A stretch of DNA of 64,000 bases from contig NZ_JMCB01000020.1 in NCBI RefSeq assembly GCF_000737315.1, forward strand, positions 124,001-188,000, read 5' to 3'. The notes under the pieces are model-generated. The model searched no databases and was not told the DNA's origin. It saw only the letters and a list, made by a program, of their open reading frames with translations. Each line of letters starts with the position of its first letter. Position 1 is the first letter of the stretch. A program made the translations under genes and the position numbers. The stretch comes from Hyalangium minutum. GTDB taxonomy: Bacteria > Myxococcota > Myxococcia > Myxococcales > Myxococcaceae. Shown piece by piece: positions 49,282-57,303 of this stretch.

Positions 49282-51033
49282 ATGTCCGAGGAACTCCAGG
49301 CCCTGGCGTCCGCGCTGCATGCGGCCAGGCACTTCGAGCAGGCTGCGCTCGCCACGCTCCATCCCTTGCTGCGGATGGCCGAGCAGGCGCTGCAAGCCAG
49401 CCGCTTCGCTGGCAAGGGCCGCCTGCTGCGAGGCATGGTGCACCTGCGGCCCGCGGAGTCCTACCGGCGGTTGGTGGCGCTGGAGCGCGAGGCGCTGGAC
49501 ACCCCCGCTCCGAGCGAGGATTCGCTGCTGCTGGCCGATGGCCCTCGGGTGTCGTTGCTGGCCTCGGCCTCCGCGTGGCGTGCGGTGGTGGAGCACGGCT
49601 GCGCGGTCTCCATCGACGTGGGCCAGGGGACGCTGCAGCCCCACGAGGGGCCCGCACGGAGCCTCTCCGCGCCCAGCCTGGTGACGGCCTTCACTCAGGA
49701 GAGCCAGCAGCGGCTGTTGAGCCGTGAGGCCACCCACGTCTGCGTCTTCCCGCTGCGCGTGCCGGGCGAGCGCATCGACGGGATGATCGCGCTGGAGGCC
49801 AGCTGCATGGCCGCGCTCGGCCAGGAGTTCATCTGGAGAGAGGCGAGTCCCCGGCTGCAGCTCATCGTGGACATGGCCGCCCCCTACCTGTCGGCCCTGC
49901 CCCCTCGCCCCGTGAAGCTCCCGGAGACGGACGAGTTCCTTCCCGTGGTGGGCTCGTCCATGGCCAACCTCGTCGGGGTGCTCCGCATCTTCGCGCAGCA
50001 GGATGAGACGATCCTGGTCAGCGGTCCCACGGGCGCTGGCAAGTCCCGGCTGGCCCGTTGGTGCCACGAGCGCTCCGCCCGCAGGCAGCGCCGCTTCGAG
50101 AGCCTTGATTTGATGACGGTCCCCGAGGAGCTTCAGATGTCCGAGCTCTTCGGCTGGCGCAAGGGAGCGTTCTCGGGCGCGGTGAAGGACAACCCCGGCT
50201 GTCTGGCGCGGGCCGAGGGCGGCACGCTGTTCATCGACGAGATCGACAAGCTGTCGCTCAAGGCGCAGGCGGGGCTGCTGCATGTGCTGGAGGACCGCAC
50301 CTACCGCGCGCTGGGCGATGCGGGGAGCGAGCAGCGGGCCAACGTGCGCTTCATCGTGGGCACCAACGCGGATCTGCTCGACGCGGTTCGCAGAGGCACC
50401 TTCCGGGAGGACCTCTACTACCGCATCAACGTGCTGCCCGTGCGGGTGCCTCCGCTGGACGAGCGCCGGGACGAGGTGGGCCCGTGGGCGCGCTACATGC
50501 TGGCGCGGCACCACCGGGAGAAGAACCCTGCGGGGGTGGCGCGGCTGGCCTCGGAAGCCGAGCAGCGGCTGGAGCAGAGCCCCTGGCCCGGTAACTTGCG
50601 GCAGCTCGACAACATCATCCGCCGCGCCTACACGCTCGCCATGGTGGAGCTGGGTGGCGCCAGCCAGGAGCTGGAGCTGCGAGAGGCCCACATCCGGCAG
50701 GCGCTGGCGTACGAGGGCGGGGCGCAGAGCTCCGCGCTGGTGGATGCGCTGTCCCTGGCCGCGCGAGCCTTCGTGCTCGAGGCGCAGCGCCGCCAGGCTC
50801 CGCTCGACATCGACTTGGCGGAGAGCTTCCGAGGTTTCGTGCTGGCCGAGGCCGTGCAGCAGGTGGGGCGCGAGGAGGCCTTCAAGCTGGTGGGGCGCGA
50901 ATCCTTGGTGCGGAGCCGCAACCACCTCAAGGCGCTGCGGCAGGAGCTGAAGAAGGCGGAGGCGCTGTGCGCCGAGGTGAAGCAGCCGGTCCCGGCCTCG
51001 CTGAGCAAGGCCGGGAGCGACGAGGCTTCGTGA
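49282..51033 (+). CDS. Sigma54-interacting activator (GAF-like + AAA+)
   Basis: GPTGAGKS, SELFG..KGAFSGA, LFIDEI, FREDLYYRINV, WPGNLRQL. Confidence 0.92.
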   Translation: MSEELQALASALHAARHFEQAALATLHPLLRMAEQALQASRFAGKGRLLRGMVHLRPAESYRRLVALEREALDTPAPSEDSLLLADGPRVSLLASASAWRAVVEHGCAVSIDVGQGTLQPHEGPARSLSAPSLVTAFTQESQQRLLSREATHVCVFPLRVPGERIDGMIALEASCMAALGQEFIWREASPRLQLIVDMAAPYLSALPPRPVKLPETDEFLPVVGSSMANLVGVLRIFAQQDETILVSGPTGAGKSRLARWCHERSARRQRRFESLDLMTVPEELQMSELFGWRKGAFSGAVKDNPGCLARAEGGTLFIDEIDKLSLKAQAGLLHVLEDRTYRALGDAGSEQRANVRFIVGTNADLLDAVRRGTFREDLYYRINVLPVRVPPLDERRDEVGPWARYMLARHHREKNPAGVARLASEAEQRLEQSPWPGNLRQLDNIIRRAYTLAMVELGGASQELELREAHIRQALAYEGGAQSSALVDALSLAARAFVLEAQRRQAPLDIDLAESFRGFVLAEAVQQVGREEAFKLVGRESLVRSRNHLKALRQELKKAEALCAEVKQPVPASLSKAGSDEAS

Positions 51034-51042
51034 GCGGAGGGA

Positions 51043-52212
51043 CTACGGCATCACGTCCGAGAGTGACCGGCCCATGACGAAGTTGTCGTGGTACACCACG
51101 CCCGTCTGAGTGATGGTCGAGTTCCGGTACAGGCCCATCTTCAGGTAGTTCACCTGTCCGGAGAACTGGGTGGCGCAGGAGCGCTTGGGAAGCACGAGCT
51201 GGCCCTGGTGGTAGAGCTCCACGAAGCCGGCGCTCGCGTTGGGCGACCACTTCACGTGGAAGACGAAGTCATTCCAGGTGCTGCGCACCAAGGGGGTGCG
51301 CCACACCTCGGTGCTGCTGCAGTAGAGGATGATGTTGCCGTTGTTGACGGCGAACTCCACCGGAGGCGAGCCGCTGCTGCCCGTGTGGTGCCACTGGGTG
51401 AAGAGCTGCCAGGTGGCCGGGGAGGGGAAGTCCGCCGCGAACATCGTGCTCCAGCGGTAGTAGTACTCGGAGTTCTCAGGTTCGTACGTCAGGCGCACCA
51501 TCTCGTTGCGGTTGCCGCTGGCGCCAATGGGGTTGTCGCCCTGCTTCACGGTGGCCTTGAGCGCATAGCTGCCTTGCCGCAACGGCGACGTGACGAGCTG
51601 CAGCCGATCCGCGCTCACCATCTGCGTCGAGCTCCACTGCGAGAGGTTGCCCGTCTCGAAGTCGCCGCGCCACACCTCCGTGGAGGGGGGCGCCGCGCAC
51701 GGACGCGCCTCGGCGATGCTGGCCCATTCGTTCAGGTTGTTGCCCAGCACGGTGATGCGCAGCCGACGCGCGGTGCGAGCGGGGAACGTATAGGTCTCCG
51801 CCGCCAGGGTCGCGCTGTTCTGCCCGCTGTAGACCTGGGTGTAGTTGATGCCGTCGAGCGTGGTCTGGAGGATGAATTTGTTGGTCTGCGTGGTTCCCAG
51901 GTGCCACGCGATGGCGGCACCCGCCACTGTCTTCTCCGAGCCCAGGTCGTAGTCGATCCAGGAACCCTTGCCGAGATTGCTCCAGCGCGTCTCCAGCCGG
52001 TCATCCAGGGTGTTGGTGGCAGGGTTTCCAGTTTCACTGCCAGAGACGAGCACCGAGGTCGCGGTGAGGGGCGTGCAGTTCTGCACGGTGAGTTCCTCCC
52101 CCTCGGAGGCTGTGCCCAGGCCTGGGAGCTCGTCGGAGAGGGTGTCCTGCGGACTGCAGGCCACGAAGCCGAGAATGAGAAGGAGTCCAATCCCAATAAA
52201 AACTTTCGTCAT
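51043..52212 (-). CDS. Lipoprotein: F5/8 type C (CBM32-like) domain + polysaccharide lyase-like domain
   Basis: Lipobox FVAC; TRWS..G..WI.YDLG; WRGDFETG...NRNE...QWH...YLKMGLYR. Confidence 0.82.
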   Translation of the reverse strand: MTKVFIGIGLLLILGFVACSPQDTLSDELPGLGTASEGEELTVQNCTPLTATSVLVSGSETGNPATNTLDDRLETRWSNLGKGSWIDYDLGSEKTVAGAAIAWHLGTTQTNKFILQTTLDGINYTQVYSGQNSATLAAETYTFPARTARRLRITVLGNNLNEWASIAEARPCAAPPSTEVWRGDFETGNLSQWSSTQMVSADRLQLVTSPLRQGSYALKATVKQGDNPIGASGNRNEMVRLTYEPENSEYYYRWSTMFAADFPSPATWQLFTQWHHTGSSGSPPVEFAVNNGNIILYCSSTEVWRTPLVRSTWNDFVFHVKWSPNASAGFVELYHQGQLVLPKRSCATQFSGQVNYLKMGLYRNSTITQTGVVYHDNFVMGRSLSDVMP

Positions 52213-52528
52213 TTTCGCTCTGTAAAAAAGACAGACGGGGGTATGCCGGGCCGCGGAGCGGTCGGCGGAGACGGGTCTCAGGTGTGTCAGGGTTCAGCTT
52301 TCCTACGTGCTCGAGGCCAAAGGCCAAAGCATCACATCAGAGGAGGATGTATGTGTTTGGAGGAGCCCTTCTCCCGTTTGAGCCGGCTGCGGAATGCGGT
52401 CTCGCTGTGGCCAAGCAAAGCCAAGCGAGATGTCTGTTTTGTACTCAACATTTCTCGCGATGAGAAGTTACTGCGAGAGCAGGCAAGCAGTCCTCTCAGA
52501 GTGATACATGTCTCAGTGCGCTTGTTCC

Positions 52529-53143
52529 TCACCCCGGAGTGACGGGCGCTAGCCGGTCCACGATCCGCACCTCGGTGAAGCCCAGCGAGAGGAAGAGGGC
52601 GCGCAGGGAGCGCTCCGCGGACTGGCGCGCGCGGTCCCTCAGCCGTTGATCATTCCGCACCTCGTACTCGAAGGCGGACCGGGCCCGCTCCAGCAGGTGC
52701 GCCGTTTGCTGGCTGTCCAGGTTGGAGTCGATCACCTCGGTCTCCCCAGGCTTCAGCTCCACCTTCACCTCCAGCGGAGGCAGCACCACGTCCACCTTCG
52801 TCCCCGTCACCCGCAGCGACGAGGTGTCGATGCGCTGGAAGTCGTAGCCCAGGTGCACATCCGCGAAGACGATGGCCCGGCCCCGCGGCGTGTTCAGCTT
52901 GTAGGACGCCCAGTTGATGACGTCCTTCCACAGCGCGTCCTCCGCCCTGGGCTCCGGGCTGAAGGTCACCTTCTTGTAGAGCGCCACATCCAGCGTCTCC
53001 AGCCGCGCCACCTCGCGCATCTGGAGCACCAGCGCCGGTGGGTCAGGCAGGGTCCGCGCCTGCTCTCGCAGGAAGAAGAAGGTCCCCAGCGCCCCGAGTG
53101 CCACGGCGCCAGCCACGAGGAGGATGCGCAGGACGAGCTTCAT
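52529..53143 (-). CDS. DUF4230-like membrane-anchored protein
   Basis: N-terminal TM; VHLGYDF...VVLPP...A..SLRALFLSLGF. Confidence 0.8.
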   Translation of the reverse strand: MKLVLRILLVAGAVALGALGTFFFLREQARTLPDPPALVLQMREVARLETLDVALYKKVTFSPEPRAEDALWKDVINWASYKLNTPRGRAIVFADVHLGYDFQRIDTSSLRVTGTKVDVVLPPLEVKVELKPGETEVIDSNLDSQQTAHLLERARSAFEYEVRNDQRLRDRARQSAERSLRALFLSLGFTEVRIVDRLAPVTPG

Positions 53144-53204
53144 GTCCGGAAGTCTACCCTGGCTGACAGCGCGTGGCCTCTGAGGCACGGTGCGGGGTGA
53201 ACAG

Positions 53205-53807
53205 ATGGAGCTCAAGGACGACGAAATCGAAGCGCTGGGCACCCACGGCTTCTTCATGCGGGATGGCTTCTTGGGGCCGGAGCGGGCGAGCACGGTCCAC
53301 GCGGAGGCCCAGGCTCTCGTGGGGGCGGGTGGCCTGAGGCCCGCCAGCATCCGGCGCGGCGCGGACCGGACCGAGGACACCTCCGTCCGCAGCGACTTCA
53401 TCACCTGGGTCCAGCCCCAGCCGGGGACGGCACTTGGGGAGCTATGGGACGCCTTCGTGCAGCTGGGAGAGGCGCTCTCCGCGGGGGCGTACCTGGGACT
53501 GGGCCGGTTCGATCTGCAGCTCGCTCACTACCCAGGCGGCGGAGCGCACTACCAGCGCCACCGGGACGCCTTCCCCGGCCAGTCGAACCGCCGCGTGACG
53601 GCCATTTACTACGTCAACCCGGACTGGCGGCCAGAGCACGGCGGTAAGCTTCGGCTGTACCTGGACTCCGGGACGCGGGACGTAGAGCCCACCCTGGACC
53701 GGCTGGTGGTCTTCCTCAGCGAGCAGCTGGACCATGAGGTGCTGCCCGCACACGCGCCCAGGCTCGCACTGACAGCATGGTTCTACGGGAGAGACGTGGC
53801 ACGATGA
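53205..53807 (+). CDS. 2OG-Fe(II) oxygenase (PHD/EGLN-like)
   Basis: YQRHRD, TAIYYVNPDW..EHGGKLRLY, HEVLP, RLALTAW. Confidence 0.9.
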   Translation: MELKDDEIEALGTHGFFMRDGFLGPERASTVHAEAQALVGAGGLRPASIRRGADRTEDTSVRSDFITWVQPQPGTALGELWDAFVQLGEALSAGAYLGLGRFDLQLAHYPGGGAHYQRHRDAFPGQSNRRVTAIYYVNPDWRPEHGGKLRLYLDSGTRDVEPTLDRLVVFLSEQLDHEVLPAHAPRLALTAWFYGRDVAR

Positions 53808-54655
53808 CGACTCTCATGGCCGAGCGTCCTCCCAGCTTCGAGAAGGGAACCCTCTGGAGCACCATCGTCGAGCGCACCGCCCGGGCGCTCGCCAGCGGTG
53901 CCCTTGTTCCCATCCGCACCGAAGTGGAGGTCATCGAGGACGAGGGCGTCCCCTTCCTCGTCCGGGTCGTCTCCAATCTGGAGCGCAAGGCGAAGGCCGC
54001 ACCGCCTCCGTCGGACGGCAAGCCCCCGAAGAACCCCTTCATCCCTCCTTATGAGGAGGAGCTCTTCGTCACGCTCGTGCCGCCCGCCCACGCGTGCCTG
54101 CTCAACAAGTTCAACGTCTTCGACCACCACGCGCTGCTCGTCACCCGCGCCTACGAGGAGCAGGACTCCCTCCTCACCGCCGCCGACTTCGAGGCGCTCC
54201 TCCACTGCACCGCCGAGGTCGACGCACTCTCCTTCTATAACGGTGGCCGCGTTGCGGGCGCGAGCCAGCCCCACAAGCACCTTCAGTTCGTTCAGGTGCC
54301 GCTGGCCGCGGACGGACGCCGCACGCCCATGGATGAAGTCATCGGCCGACGCCCGCTGCCGTTCCGCCACGCGCTGGGCCCGCCGCTCCAAACGCCCGAG
54401 CAGGCGCACTCCACTTATATGGACCTGCTGCGCGAGGTGGGCTGCGAGCAGCCGGGGACGCCCTACAACCTCCTGGCCACGCGCGACTGGACGATGGTGG
54501 TGCCCCGCACCCATGAGTGCTTCGGCCCCATCTCGCTCAACGCGCTCGCCTTCGCTGGCTCCTTGCTGGTGAAGAACCGAGAGCAGCTCGAGCACGTGCG
54601 CGCCGTGGGCCCCATGTCCGTGCTCCGCGCCGTGACGGGCTCCTCCCAGGCGTGA
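53804..54655 (+). CDS. ATP adenylyltransferase / Ap4A phosphorylase (HIT-like)
   Basis: NPF, LLNKF, FYNGG..AGASQPHKHLQF, LNALAFAG; ATGA overlap with the oxygenase. Confidence 0.88.
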   Translation: MTTLMAERPPSFEKGTLWSTIVERTARALASGALVPIRTEVEVIEDEGVPFLVRVVSNLERKAKAAPPPSDGKPPKNPFIPPYEEELFVTLVPPAHACLLNKFNVFDHHALLVTRAYEEQDSLLTAADFEALLHCTAEVDALSFYNGGRVAGASQPHKHLQFVQVPLAADGRRTPMDEVIGRRPLPFRHALGPPLQTPEQAHSTYMDLLREVGCEQPGTPYNLLATRDWTMVVPRTHECFGPISLNALAFAGSLLVKNREQLEHVRAVGPMSVLRAVTGSSQA

Positions 54656-54662
54656 GCCCGGC

Positions 54663-55223
54663 TCAGGTCAGCGGGGGCGCCAGCAGCACCACCGAGTAGC
54701 CCACCGCGGTCCGGTCCCCCGGGTTCTCGTACGAGTGCTTCTGGTCCCCCCGGAACACCACCACGTCCCCCGTCTGCAGCACGAAGCGCTCCCCGCTGGC
54801 CACCAGCGCCAGCTGCCCGGACTCGCAGGCCAGGTATTCGCGCGTGCCCGGCGTATGCGGCACTCCGGAGATGCGCGCCCGCGGCGGTAACTCCAGCCGG
54901 TCGAACTCCATCCCCGGCAGCGGATCCGGCAACAGCTTGCGCAGGAAGCCCGCTCCCCGCTGCCGCACCGGCAAGCTCTCGCGCGGGTAGTGCCGGGCAT
55001 TGGCTCGGGGCCGGGCCACCAGCTCCTCCAGTGTCACCTGGAGGGCGCTCGCCACGCGGTGCAGCACGGCGAGGGTCGGGTTGCTCGCCCCGGACTCCAG
55101 GTGGGCCCACGTCGCCCGGGGGATGCCCGCAAGCTTCGACAGCTGGGCCTGCGTCGCCCCGCGCGCTTCCCGGAGCGCCTTGATGTTGCGCGCCAGCCAT
55201 CCCGCCAGCTCCTCGTCGTTCAT
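54663..55223 (-). CDS. XRE-family transcriptional regulator with cupin domain
   Basis: HTH (LESGASNPTL) plus cupin (H..GTREY...GD..HSY). Confidence 0.92.
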   Translation of the reverse strand: MNDEELAGWLARNIKALREARGATQAQLSKLAGIPRATWAHLESGASNPTLAVLHRVASALQVTLEELVARPRANARHYPRESLPVRQRGAGFLRKLLPDPLPGMEFDRLELPPRARISGVPHTPGTREYLACESGQLALVASGERFVLQTGDVVVFRGDQKHSYENPGDRTAVGYSVVLLAPPLT

Positions 55224-55308
55224 GAAGCAGCATTCTGCCAATCCATTGGCAAACCGGACGAAGAATCGGCCAGCCCCGTGTACCTCTCATGGCACAGGAG
55301 GAGACACG

Positions 55309-56034
55309 ATGAAGCTCGAAGGCAAGGCAGTGCTGGTGACGGGGGCAAGCCGGGGACTGGGCGAGGCCCTCATGAAGCGCCTGGCGCGCAAGGGCGCCCG
55401 CGTGGTGGGCGTCTCTCGCAACGCCCAGGAGATGGAGGCCGTGGCGGCGGCCCTCCGCGCGGAGGGCCATGTGGCTCATGCGCTCGCATACGACGTGGGG
55501 GACAAGGAGGCCATCTACCCGCTGGTGGGCGCGGCCTCGGCGCTGGTGGGGCCCCTCGACGTGCTGGTGCACAATGCCAGCACGCTCGGGCCCACGCCCC
55601 TGCCGCTGCTGCTCGACACCGCCTGCGAGGACCTCTCGAAGGTGCTCGAGGTGAACCTCGTGGGGCCCTTCCGGCTCACCAAGGCGGTGGCCGGCGCCAT
55701 GGCCATGCGCGGCAGCGGGGTGGTGGTGCACCTCAGCTCGGACGCGGCTGTGTCCGCTTACCCGCGCTGGGGCGCGTACTCCGTCTCGAAGCTGGCCTTG
55801 GAGCACCTGGGCCGCATCTGGGCCGCCGAGCTGGAGGGCACCGGTGTCCGCTTCTTCAACGTGGACCCGGGTGAGATGGACACGAAGATGCACGCCGACG
55901 CCATTCCGGATGCGGACCGCGCCACGCTCTCGCGCCCGGACGATGTGGCTGCCCGGCTCCTCGGGCTGCTGGAGCGCGCCGAGAACGTTCCCTCAGGCAG
56001 CCGCCTCGAGGCAGCCCGGCTGGAGGCGGCATGA
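55309..56034 (+). CDS. SDR family oxidoreductase
   Basis: AGGAGG RBS; TGASRGLG, HNAS, YSVSK, VDPGEMDT. Confidence 0.92.
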   Translation: MKLEGKAVLVTGASRGLGEALMKRLARKGARVVGVSRNAQEMEAVAAALRAEGHVAHALAYDVGDKEAIYPLVGAASALVGPLDVLVHNASTLGPTPLPLLLDTACEDLSKVLEVNLVGPFRLTKAVAGAMAMRGSGVVVHLSSDAAVSAYPRWGAYSVSKLALEHLGRIWAAELEGTGVRFFNVDPGEMDTKMHADAIPDADRATLSRPDDVAARLLGLLERAENVPSGSRLEAARLEAA

Positions 56035-57056
56035 ACCCCGCACACTGGCCTCGTGAGCACCCCGAGGCAAACCGCCTGCTGCACGTCTCCCCGTCCTCTG
56101 GACGCATCTCGGACCGGCGCGTGGAGCACCTCCCGGAGTTGCTGCGCTCCGGAGACCTCCTGGTGGTGAACGACGCCGCCACCCTCCCAAGCTCCCTGCA
56201 CGGCCTCACCGTGGCGGGGGGCCCCATTGAGCTGCGGCTGCTCGCGAGGGAAGAGGAGGGCACCTGGACGGCGGTGCTCTTCGGCGCGGGCGACTGGCGG
56301 ATGCGCACCGAGGATCGGCCTGCGCCTCCCTTGCTCACCGTGGGAACGCAGCTCGTGCTGGGCACGTTGAAGGCGTGCGTAGTGGAGGTGCTCCCGCCTT
56401 CGCCTCGCCTGCTCCGCGTGGCCTTCGAGGCCCAGGGCGCCGAGCTGTGGGCCGGCCTCTACCGCTCGGGCAAGCCCGTCCAGTACTCCTATCTCTCGGG
56501 ACCGCTCGCGCTCTGGCACATCCAGACCGCCTACGCCGCCCGGCCCTGGGCCGCCGAAGCCCCCTCCGCCGGACTGCCCCTCACCTGGGCGCTGCTGCTC
56601 GAGCTCCGGCGCCGGGGCGTGCGCTTCGCCTCGCTCACCCACGCCGCTGGGCTGTCCTCCACCGGAGACGCCGCGCTCGACGCCGCGCTGCCTCGTCCAG
56701 AGCGCTTCGAGCTTCCCGCCTCCACCGTGGAAGCCATCCACGCCACGCGCGCCTCGGGAGGCCGCGTGGTCGCCGTGGGCACCACCGTGGTGCGAGCGCT
56801 CGAGGGACGTGCCGCTCAGGCCGGTGGAAGGCTCACGGCTGGCGAGGGCGTGACGGATCTGCTCATGGGGCCAGGCTTCATCCCCAAGGTCGTGAGTGGA
56901 CTCCTGACGGGTGTGCACGAGCCTGCGACAAGTCACTACATGCTCCTCCAGGCCTTTGCGCCGCTCGCATTGCTCCGCGAGGCCGCCCAAATCGCGGAAA
57001 AACGCGGTTACCTGGGCCACGAGTTCGGCGATTCGTGCCTGATCCTGGACGCCTGA
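56031..57056 (+). CDS. QueA-family protein (divergent paralog)
   Basis: GDLLVVND, APSAGL, VAVGTTVVRALE, FGD; ATGA overlap with the SDR. Confidence 0.88.
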   Translation: MNPAHWPREHPEANRLLHVSPSSGRISDRRVEHLPELLRSGDLLVVNDAATLPSSLHGLTVAGGPIELRLLAREEEGTWTAVLFGAGDWRMRTEDRPAPPLLTVGTQLVLGTLKACVVEVLPPSPRLLRVAFEAQGAELWAGLYRSGKPVQYSYLSGPLALWHIQTAYAARPWAAEAPSAGLPLTWALLLELRRRGVRFASLTHAAGLSSTGDAALDAALPRPERFELPASTVEAIHATRASGGRVVAVGTTVVRALEGRAAQAGGRLTAGEGVTDLLMGPGFIPKVVSGLLTGVHEPATSHYMLLQAFAPLALLREAAQIAEKRGYLGHEFGDSCLILDA

Positions 57057-57207
57057 GGCGGGATGCCAGGCGGCTGGAGTCACGCTTCGCGCCCTCCGTG
57101 TGGCGCACAAACCCTTAAAATCACTCGGAATCAATCGGAAGGAGGCAGGCGAGGGGCCTGAAATCCGATTTTTGTCGGACCGTGGTGTTGTAAAGGTTTA
57201 GCCAGGC

Positions 57208-57236
57208 TTGACGGGATTTCGGGTTTGATGCATAAA
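57208..57236 (+). promoter_or_regulatory. Putative sigmaA-type promoter
   Basis: TTGACG-N17-CATAAA, about 70 nt upstream of ATG 57304; motif match only. Confidence 0.35.
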
Positions 57237-57303
57237 TAACGTAACTTTAGCGGGTGGCTGGAATTCCCCTTCGAGCCTCTCGCTTTCGCCCCGGAGTCAC
57301 CCC

